This document shows positions 51,557 through 60,600 of a stretch of 64,000 nucleotides of DNA, one piece after another (the first letter of the stretch is position 1; every line of letters starts with the position of its first letter). Under the pieces are notes generated by a model that was not told the DNA's origin, made no database searches, and was given only the letters and a program-made list of their open reading frames with translations. This stretch comes from Naegleria gruberi (taxonomy: Eukaryota). The position numbers were made by a program, and so were the translations under genes. The DNA lies in NCBI GenBank assembly GCA_000004985.1, contig GG738890.1, one strand, 5' to 3'.

Positions 51557-53854
51557 ATGGCAAGACGAGCGAAAAAACGTTTTTCAAAAACTAACCACAA
51601 GAGATCTGCTGCAGCAGAAGAGGACAAAACCACAAATGTTTCCAGCAGACTAGTCTCGGGATGCCTTAATGATACAAATAATACAACAATAAAACAAGAA
51701 GAACCATCACAACAATTAAAGAAATGTAAAATAGAAGTTGTAGAAAAATCTATAGCAGATGTAGATTTAAGGCTACGAAATATATATCATGATGAAGAAG
51801 CTTCACATCGACAACAAGAAATATTAGGGAATTCATTCGTAAGATACCTTCCACCTGTTTTTGGAAAAACAACACACGAAAGCCTTAAAAATCTCACTGT
51901 ACGAAAGGAGAAGATATTTAGGTATGAATTATTCCCTGAATGTATTTATCCACCAGAGAAACAAGATCTTGGTGAATTGATTGCAAATTTGATAAAAGTT
52001 AGTGTGAAAAGTCTTTTGGAAGGTAAATTATCTGAAAAGGAGCAAAAATTAAGAATTACTTTAACTGGAAGATCAGGTGATGGAAAAACTTTCTTACTAT
52101 ATTATTTAGCCAATAAGTGTAATGATTCCTGTATTTTTATTCCAATTCATCTTTCAATTAATGAGTTTTTTTATAGAGCTAGAATTCCTGATGAAGATGC
52201 TCTGTTGATTGACTGTGGAGTGTTAATTTGCTCCTATTTGACCTATGTTCAAGAGTTTTTGGAGAGTGGCATTACCAATCCTTACAAAATTATGGAACTG
52301 TTCAACAATACATATTCAAGAAAGGTAATGGAGAGAGCAATAACATTTGCAAGCACCAACAGTAATATGTTAGTACGAGTAGAATGTCAAAAATTGAGTA
52401 ACAAATTTGGTAAATATCCAGTGTTTGTTATTGATGAAGCACATATCATGGCCTCATCTCTTGCCAACAAAATTTCAAATGATGATGGAAAAAGAAATGA
52501 ATCTGCATTGACTGCAATAACGAGAGTGGCAGGATCAATCCCTGTAATTTGTTGCTCCACCAAGATATCCGGAGTTAATCTAGGAATAGATGTTTCTGGT
52601 TCTGAGCATTTGTACAAGTTTAATTTAACAACAGATATTATTGATATACCAAAGAGAGACATTTCCCCAAGCGATTTCATTTCCTTCTTTATTAACCCTT
52701 TTGAGAATGAAGATGTAAAACTCTTTACAAATATGCTTCTCTCTGAATGCCCAGTCCGTATTCATACAATGATTATAGATGAGTACTGGTTAGTTATGGA
52801 CAAAAACTTCCAAACAGATTCAAACTCCAAAACATGGAATCTGAAGAAAGCTATTAAGGGAGTGCTCACAAATCAAATGCCTTCTTTAGGAAAAAAAATG
52901 AAAGAGGAGTTTGATAATATTACTAATGAACGGCTAAAAAAGCTATTATTCTTTGTTTGGACAGGTTTAAATCCTAACATTGAAAACAATTCAGATTTTG
53001 ACTCGAGTTCACTAAAGAGCGTGGTACAAGAATTCAACCTCCATTCACATGATTTGTCTCAAGAGTATGAATTGTTCTCTCAACAAATGCTGCATCTGGG
53101 ATGTGGTAAACCAAAGGACGGAACTTATAGATTTTCTGATGCTTTTTTTAGGTTTGGATATTTTGAATCCATGAGAGATGATAATTGGTACACATATGTT
53201 GAAAACTTGGGGAGCTGTATGAAACACGTAGTACAATCTCATGTTGGGAAGAAGGGATTTCTTTTTGAAAGAGTTATTGGATTATTGTTAATGAGCATTT
53301 CAAAATCATTAAAGGGGAAACCACTTACAAGTTGCGTTTTGTTTGCAGGGGCAAAAGGCACTTGGTTGGATAATTACACAATCACCATTAGATCAGTAGA
53401 AATGACCCCAAAATATTATGAGCCATTGATTTTGTTTGAAATAACGGACATTATTGCCTGTTCAATTGACGAAAATTCAAGTTGCGATTTATTTCTTTCC
53501 TTAGTTCCTATCAGCAAAGATGAAAAGTTTGTTCCTTGTTTAACTTCTATCAAATTTCTAAAGACATTGCTTGGTGAAGAGGAAATTTTCAAGTCAACTT
53601 TGATTGAAAATCAACAAACAAATGTTTTATCATTTAATGAGTTGATGATAAGAAGTAATCACCACGCCAAAAGAAGATTAAGACTTGGATTTGCTGCCAA
53701 TTCTGTAATTGGACATGATGTTAAAATATCAAATGATGATGACATTCAAATATTGTTTTCCCTTAATCACAGATTATTATTTGATTATTTGAAAGAAAAT
53801 TTGGATTTTCTTCATGAAGCATTGATGAATCTCAATACCATTATTCATCGATAG
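51557..53854 (+). CDS. P-loop NTPase (AAA+/STAND-like) hypothetical protein
   Basis: 765 aa. Basic N-terminus (MARRAKKRFSKTNHKRS). Walker A 'LTGRSGDGKTFLLY'. Walker B-like 'PVFVIDEAHIM' ~110 aa later. Long C-terminal domain without recognised motifs. aaaaaaATG start. Confidence 0.5.
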   Translation: MARRAKKRFSKTNHKRSAAAEEDKTTNVSSRLVSGCLNDTNNTTIKQEEPSQQLKKCKIEVVEKSIADVDLRLRNIYHDEEASHRQQEILGNSFVRYLPPVFGKTTHESLKNLTVRKEKIFRYELFPECIYPPEKQDLGELIANLIKVSVKSLLEGKLSEKEQKLRITLTGRSGDGKTFLLYYLANKCNDSCIFIPIHLSINEFFYRARIPDEDALLIDCGVLICSYLTYVQEFLESGITNPYKIMELFNNTYSRKVMERAITFASTNSNMLVRVECQKLSNKFGKYPVFVIDEAHIMASSLANKISNDDGKRNESALTAITRVAGSIPVICCSTKISGVNLGIDVSGSEHLYKFNLTTDIIDIPKRDISPSDFISFFINPFENEDVKLFTNMLLSECPVRIHTMIIDEYWLVMDKNFQTDSNSKTWNLKKAIKGVLTNQMPSLGKKMKEEFDNITNERLKKLLFFVWTGLNPNIENNSDFDSSSLKSVVQEFNLHSHDLSQEYELFSQQMLHLGCGKPKDGTYRFSDAFFRFGYFESMRDDNWYTYVENLGSCMKHVVQSHVGKKGFLFERVIGLLLMSISKSLKGKPLTSCVLFAGAKGTWLDNYTITIRSVEMTPKYYEPLILFEITDIIACSIDENSSCDLFLSLVPISKDEKFVPCLTSIKFLKTLLGEEEIFKSTLIENQQTNVLSFNELMIRSNHHAKRRLRLGFAANSVIGHDVKISNDDDIQILFSLNHRLLFDYLKENLDFLHEALMNLNTIIHR

Positions 53855-53885
53855 CCATTTATGATTGTGAATCCACATCCTTATT

Positions 53886-54059
53886 TGATGAATAATTTAG
53901 GATTTAATTGTAAATATTGTAATTATCAATGAATTTGGAGATTACGAATAAACACGTCTCTATTGAGAATAGAGCTACGTGAGCTTGACTTTTCTCTACT
54001 TTTAACCATTCAGCAATTAATTGATAGCATTGACTCTTTTTCCAATTGTTCTTTTTCAT
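53886..54059 (+). repeat. 175-bp direct repeat element, copy 2
   Basis: See 49447..49622. Begins 31 nt after the stop of 51557..53854. Confidence 0.7.
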
Positions 54060-55835
54060 TAGGATGGACATGATTTCATGAATTTGGAGTCGATAAATTT
54101 TACACAATTCACTTGATGGGATGCCTAGTGGTTGACCTTTGTAATATTGGATTTTCTCATCTGAAAACATTTCATCTCTTTGGTGAGCTTCATGATTAAG
54201 TAAGCATTTAGGATAGGAAGTGCATTGATACAGGAGTGTACCAACTTTGTACGTATGAATATCAAAACATTTACCACAATGACACTTTCTATATTGCACT
54301 AAATCTCTTTTCAGTCTTTTCAAAACCATAGCCTTCCCACAATAGCATTGTACCTTGTATTGGTTAGTTTTCTTGTCTAGAAATGGTTTCGTTTTGGCTA
54401 GACCATTGTTTGGCTCTGTAACTTTCAACTTCTTGGCTGGTTGGCAATAATTTTCAGAGTGCTTGCTTGCTCTACTACTAAGCACTGCACTCTCGAATGC
54501 CTCTTGTTGACTCTGACCAGAGAATAATTGAGCTACAATGTAAGTTGAATTATTCTTCAATAGTTGAGATAGTGTTGGTTTTTCAGAACAAGTGCTGTTT
54601 TTGAGGACCTTAATTAAATCAAATAATCTTGATCGATTTTTCACAGAGGGATCGTTTTGAAATGTTTCAAATTCTTGTTCGTTCATTTTAGAACAGGTAC
54701 TCCACAAACTTTCTAATTGTACAATTTCCTTTTGGAGAATATTCTTACAGTATTGATATCTAACTTCGAGTTCTTTCATTTCATATTCACATTCGTAGTA
54801 CTTGCTCAAAACTGAAATGATAAATGGCTTATCGGAATTACTCGATTTCTTATAGTCTTCAAAGTGAACAACGAACGGAATGAGGAATTTTGGAGTGGCT
54901 TGAATCCATCCTCTATATTTCATTTTATGAATGAGGAGATAGAATGGATTTTTCAATTTCAATCGCTGATTGTTGGTGTCTCTCATGATGAATCCTTCAA
55001 TTCTCAATCTTGCTTCTACATTCTCATGAGTAGAGATGAATGTATCCAAATGTTTGAGAGCTTGTTCCAGACTTGAAAAATTCTCAAAACGTTTTGGTCT
55101 CTTCCAATTCTTCAACTCGGCTCTCTTTCTCAATTTCAAGCAAATTTTATCAACTTGATCCCTGGAGAGTTCCTTTCCACTTTGTGTCTCTACAATTGTC
55201 AGTAAGTAAATGACAGGATTCTGATAGATTTGAACAATTTCATTTTGTGAGGAACACATTTCCAAACAATAGGTCAGTGATGGATCCAAATCCTTTCCAA
55301 TCTCATTCAATTCTACTCCGCCACAAATTTCCACAAATAGCTCTCTATATGTTTTCTGTGTTTCACTTCCAATTGCCAAATAATCCTCACAAAAGTTGTG
55401 TCTCGTTGCAATCATCCACTCTCCCTCATAGCAAAACATTAAAAGAAACGTTCCATCTTCCTTTGTCTCCAAACTGAAATTAGAATAATCAAACAATTTG
55501 GATTTCTCCAATGATGGCGACTGATCCTGTTCCAAAAACACCAATTCTCTATCATCATTTAGTCCTCTAATATTCGGAGAGGACGAATACGAATGGTGCT
55601 GATTAAAAAACCTGGTCATTCCTCTCGCCACAATTTTCCACGAATTTAATTCCAACACCAAGCCTCTGCATTCATTGACAATTTGTTCATCACGTGGCGA
55701 TTGAATATTGTCATAATTTAATACAATTAATGGGAAGGAAGTTTGATCGGGATGTGTTGATGAGCGAATTTTGTATTTTTCATGGAGAGTCGTGATGGAT
55801 TGACCCTTCTGTTGGAGGAATTGTTGTGTTTGCAT
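53904..55835 (-). CDS. ATP-dependent RNA/DNA ligase-like nucleotidyltransferase with C-terminal Cys-rich (zinc-ribbon-like) region
   Basis: Covalent nucleotidyltransferase motifs are present: motif I 'KEDGTF' (KxDG), motif IV 'EGFIMRD', motif V 'LKLKN'. C-terminus 'CYCGKAMVLKRLKRDLVQYRKCHCGKC...CTSYPKC'. The ORF-track start at 55922 is a GTG. The ATG at 55835 has aaaaaaaATG context (643 aa). Confidence 0.5.
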   Translation of the reverse strand: MQTQQFLQQKGQSITTLHEKYKIRSSTHPDQTSFPLIVLNYDNIQSPRDEQIVNECRGLVLELNSWKIVARGMTRFFNQHHSYSSSPNIRGLNDDRELVFLEQDQSPSLEKSKLFDYSNFSLETKEDGTFLLMFCYEGEWMIATRHNFCEDYLAIGSETQKTYRELFVEICGGVELNEIGKDLDPSLTYCLEMCSSQNEIVQIYQNPVIYLLTIVETQSGKELSRDQVDKICLKLRKRAELKNWKRPKRFENFSSLEQALKHLDTFISTHENVEARLRIEGFIMRDTNNQRLKLKNPFYLLIHKMKYRGWIQATPKFLIPFVVHFEDYKKSSNSDKPFIISVLSKYYECEYEMKELEVRYQYCKNILQKEIVQLESLWSTCSKMNEQEFETFQNDPSVKNRSRLFDLIKVLKNSTCSEKPTLSQLLKNNSTYIVAQLFSGQSQQEAFESAVLSSRASKHSENYCQPAKKLKVTEPNNGLAKTKPFLDKKTNQYKVQCYCGKAMVLKRLKRDLVQYRKCHCGKCFDIHTYKVGTLLYQCTSYPKCLLNHEAHQRDEMFSDEKIQYYKGQPLGIPSSELCKIYRLQIHEIMSILMKKNNWKKSQCYQLIAEWLKVEKSQAHVALFSIETCLFVISKFIDNYNIYN

Positions 55836-56096
55836 TTTTTTTGGCTTGATTTTACAATTTCGATTTTGAACTTGTGAGATACTTAAAAGAATATTATTGT
55901 GTATTGAAAGAATAAATATCACAACATTTGCTTTAAATGATTTGTAAGTTTAACATCTCTGACAGCTTTGATGTCAATGTTCTGGTGTGAAAATCTTGAA
56001 AAAGGTCTTGCTATCAAACGAAGCAATCCTCGGCAACTTGAGAACTCATTATTTCAAAACGTTGTTGCTTGAGTCTTGTTATGGAGTTGTACGAAA

Positions 56097-57548
56097 CTAA
56101 TTATTGGTATCACTAATGTTATTAGATTCTTGTGCATTTTGTTGAGAAAGATAAACTCGAGTTGAATGTAAATGATCAAATAGGGAGGTATGAGTGAATT
56201 CCTCTGAAATCCATTCAGGAATTGCAGTTTCAAAAGTCCACTTGTCTGATAATTCGTAACGCCATGAATGTAGATGGATACTCAGTGGTACAGTGTCATC
56301 TTCCTCAATGTTTTTAGAGGTATATTCTGCATTACAGGAAATGCAAACAGTTTCAAATGGCTGTAAGAAGGTTTCCTCTTCAGGTCGAATGTTTGTATGT
56401 GAACGTTTGAAAGGACCTGGTTTTGGCTTTTTTGATTTGGGAGCATTCTTTTCAGAGGTCTCCTTTCTCTTGTGAGGATTTTCTTCTGTTGGTATGGAGG
56501 TATCTGTTGATGATTCACTATTTTCCAAGGAAATATCAGATGTTGATTCGAGTTGGTGATTGGAAAAGTCGACTCTCCAACTTTCTTCCAAAGTCTTTTT
56601 TTGCACTTCCAATTCCTTAATGAATTGTTCGTTATAGAAAAAATCATTAATGATAGGATTTCCAATAGATTCCAAATGAATTCTAATCTGATGTGTTCTT
56701 CCAGTGATTGGTTTACACATTATGAGTGAAATATCCTTTTCCTTATTGTAGACAATACCAGAAAAGAGAGTAATTGCCTCAAACGTTCCCAATTCATCAT
56801 CTGCTGACCAAGTTCCATTCTTGTGATTTTTGCAATATACCTTCTTTTCACATTTCACAAAACTGTTATTTAAATCCTTCACCAATCCACTCACTTCATA
56901 TTCTCCTTTCCACTTTCCTTTCACAACAGCCAAATAATATTTTCCAATTGCCTTTTCTCTTGTCTTGATCATTTCCACAATTTCTCCCGAAACCTTCTTA
57001 TTCTTTGCCAAAACAAGAACTCCCGATGTACTATGATCCAATCGATGAACAACATGAAGTGTTCCATATCCATTCTCCTCCAAAATATAAGTCAATGAAT
57101 TCTTTCGATATCTTCCACAGGGATGAATAGGAAAACTAGCTGGTTTATCGACAACTAATAAATCTGACTCATCATATAAAATTGGAATATTCCTATCAAA
57201 TATTGGTTTCTCATGAAAATGTACTCGATGAGCAATTGTCTTGCTTTTATCCCACTTTTCCTCTAAATTATTTAAATTTTCGTTATTAATTTTAAATCGA
57301 CCTAATTCGAAGGCTTTCATCAGATATTGTTCGGAAAAGTAGGGAAATTCCGCTCTATAGACATCAAGTACCTTCTTATCAACCCATCTATCTCGACATC
57401 CTGTTTGAAAGTCGAGAAAATAGGGAATTGCATGACGAAGTCCATTCCGAACAAGATATTGTTTGCCTCTTGCTAATTCAATGGTTTTCTTGACGAGGAG
57501 ATTTGAAGATGATGACACTGTTGGAATTGTTAGAGGCATCTCACTCAT
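56097..57548 (-). CDS. RluA-family pseudouridine synthase
   Basis: 483 aa. 'LLVVDKPASFPIHP', catalytic 'VHRLDHSTSGVLVLAKN' and 'GRTHQIRIHL' motifs. Acidic/S-rich C-terminal extension. aaaaaaaATG start. Confidence 0.8.
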   Translation of the reverse strand: MSEMPLTIPTVSSSSNLLVKKTIELARGKQYLVRNGLRHAIPYFLDFQTGCRDRWVDKKVLDVYRAEFPYFSEQYLMKAFELGRFKINNENLNNLEEKWDKSKTIAHRVHFHEKPIFDRNIPILYDESDLLVVDKPASFPIHPCGRYRKNSLTYILEENGYGTLHVVHRLDHSTSGVLVLAKNKKVSGEIVEMIKTREKAIGKYYLAVVKGKWKGEYEVSGLVKDLNNSFVKCEKKVYCKNHKNGTWSADDELGTFEAITLFSGIVYNKEKDISLIMCKPITGRTHQIRIHLESIGNPIINDFFYNEQFIKELEVQKKTLEESWRVDFSNHQLESTSDISLENSESSTDTSIPTEENPHKRKETSEKNAPKSKKPKPGPFKRSHTNIRPEEETFLQPFETVCISCNAEYTSKNIEEDDTVPLSIHLHSWRYELSDKWTFETAIPEWISEEFTHTSLFDHLHSTRVYLSQQNAQESNNISDTNN

Positions 57549-57611
57549 TTTTTTTATTAATTATATATTTATTAAATTATATATTTATAAAATATTTATT
57601 TAATTATTAAA

Positions 57612-60600
57612 TTAGAAATATTTATCGCCATTACAACTTGATTGATGGTTGTAAATTGGACCACTTGAAGTTGCACTATATCCACAAAGCCAACAAAAAT
57701 GATTTGGGCAAGCTCTACAGGTCATATGGTTACATCCCTCATTCTTTTCAATAGGTGTGTGGCATTGTGGACAACTCTTGGTATGTCTCCTCTTGTATTC
57801 TTCAAAAAGTTTCTCACAATCAACACAAGGTCCTTGGTGTGCATTTTTGTGACATTTCAAACAATAGTCCTTATCACAAACGATGCAATAGTATGATTGA
57901 ACTCCTGTTACTCTCGATAGATTTTGACAAGTATTACAGTATGTCCATTTAGTCTTATTAGATGTAATGTACTTCTCAAGGAGAATGTTACATGGTTGAG
58001 TGAGTTTCTTGGCATCATTATCAAAGGAGCATACGATATCCATAAAAGGTAATGGTTGTTGGCAGTAATTACAGCAAAGAAGACCTGATTCAATGTTGAA
58101 ACCATCTACTTGGAGAGCTAGACATGCTTGACAACATGTGTGTCCACAAAATGTAAGGTTGTTTGGGTTAATATCATTACAACAAATATCGCATTCATTT
58201 GTTGAAGAAGCGCCACTATGGGTTGATTCAATTTCTTCAACTTTCTTCTTTACAGTTTCAAAATCAGCCTCTGAAGAATCAACCTCTAATGTTCTTTTCT
58301 TAAGGTTCAAATGTATACTCCCCTTAATACACTTTTTAATGTCATCATAAGAAGATCCTCCATTTCCTACAATTGCTTTCATGTTTCTTAATTTGATTTC
58401 TCTAATTTTACTGGCTTGAATAGTGCCAGATATTTCCTTTGCAACAAAATCCCTTTGAGGTCCAAATACTTTGATAGATGATGATCGAGAATCAAAAGCA
58501 AGTAAAATCTCAGGATACCTTTTTGTTGTATCCTCCTTGATTTTGGGGAATCTTCTTTGAACGTTAGCTTTCAAGGAGAATGCTATTTTGATTATTGTGT
58601 GTGAGATTATCTCATTAACTTTCTTTTTGGCCTTTTCAAACTCTGACAAATTTGAAACTGCTTCAAACTTGATTTTTCCACTGTTACCAGTTTCAGTCAT
58701 TTTCTTATTGGGTTCTTGAATGATCTCATTGAAAGACACTTTGATTTGGTGCTCATAGTATATGCTTTCAAAAACAGCACTCAACACATTTTTCTTGTTA
58801 AGACTTTCAAAAACATTTTTTGGAATAGTAATTGAATCGGTCTTATAATATAATTGTAAACTTCCATTTCCAAAAGTAGTCCCTTGTAATGTTGCAATGG
58901 CTGTGTCAGCACTCCTCTTGTTATTATACTTAACTAGAGCTTTGATGAATTTCTTACTTTCCTTTTCAGCTAATGGCAACAATTCCATAACTTCTAATCC
59001 TGGAAATTGTGTAAATAAAGAGTGCAGTTGTGTAGTAATCATTTCTAAGTCAATCAGATTGTTACACTCATCTCGGTGGAAAAAAATTTGTGTGTAAGGA
59101 AGTTTGTTTTTAAAAAGAACACCTGCTAAATGTGACTCTGTGAAATCGGTAGAAAGTTGATCAAAAGCGAGTTTGTTTTGTTTGATTTGAACTTTCCCAA
59201 GTGAACCATTCAAAACTTGATTTGCCTCTATAGCAGATTGGTTGTTAGGAAATTCAACCACTGCTTTTCCTTTGCAAGGAGTAAGGTAATATTTAAGTTG
59301 AATAAAGGGAACATTTTCATCTATTTGCAGCTGTGTATTTTCACTGAGACTAGATGGGAAAAGTTGAATAAAAGTTTCATTCTTCAACTCGGAATAAACT
59401 CTTTCTGCAACTATGCTGTCTTCAAAGGTAACATAGCCCTCCAATTTCTGTGCGCTTGTATTGTTTGGATATGTCACAAACTCCCATACTGGTCCATATT
59501 TCACAAATAGTTGCTCAATATCACAGGCACTCTTCTGCTCAATAGCTATTTTAAAGTTAATTCTTACAAACTCCTTGGAGGTTAGGATTTTTACAACATT
59601 TAGACCAGAACCAACCAAGACTCTGATATTCTTTTGATCATTAGGAACATATTCGTATAATTGTTTGGAAATTCTTTCCTCAATCTGTTTGCAGAATTTT
59701 TCAATTTTTGGTTTGTTTTCTTGCTCTTCATTTTCAGATAATTCCATTCTCAACTCATTCATTTCTTCATCGACTTCGACCAACACGCCAAGTTCTTTCT
59801 CTAATTGTTCTAAAAGCTCTCCACCTCTTGCTTTCAAAAGAGGAAGAGCAGATTTAGGAATTTTCTTGTTATAAGGTTTTTTGACAAATTGTTTGATACG
59901 ACTATAGTTAAAAGATTGGTTATACTTTTGTATAATATTAATATCTACAGGGGTGACGTTTTTCATGTAGAGCTTTTCAGTTCTCATAAGTTCATAGAAG
60001 AGAACATATGAAGGAGGTTTTTCTTCTGAAAATAATACAGATGATGGATGGAGACAAGCTTCTAAATTCAATTCCAATAACTTATAGATGAAATTTCCAT
60101 TACTACTCTTTCCTATATAGTACGCAAAGTTAGAGAATAAACCACAAATAATAGAATCCAAAATTACTTTCTTTTTGAGTTCCTCAGAAGTGTTCTTATC
60201 ATTGATACTTTCAGAGTTAAGGGATTTAATACTCTTCTCAAGATCTTTCAAGGTTGCGAAGGCCATATTGAATGCAGAATAATTCAAATGATTGTCCTTA
60301 CAAAATTGTGATCTTTCTTTAGATTTTTTCTTCAAAAATTGTTCAAATAGCAAATAGAGAGAATATAAATCTCCTTCCTGTTGAGAGGAAGAAAGCTTGC
60401 TAATCGAAATATCATCCTTGTCTTTTCCATCCTTAGATCTTTGGAAAACAATGTTAGATACAGTTGTAATAGCAGCAACTTTTAAAATATCAGATGAAAT
60501 TCCATTTTCAATTCCTTCAATAATCATCTTGGAAACAGATGGTTCCATATAGAGTTGAGATGCAATTTGACCTGATTTGGTAATACGCAAAAGGTTAGCA

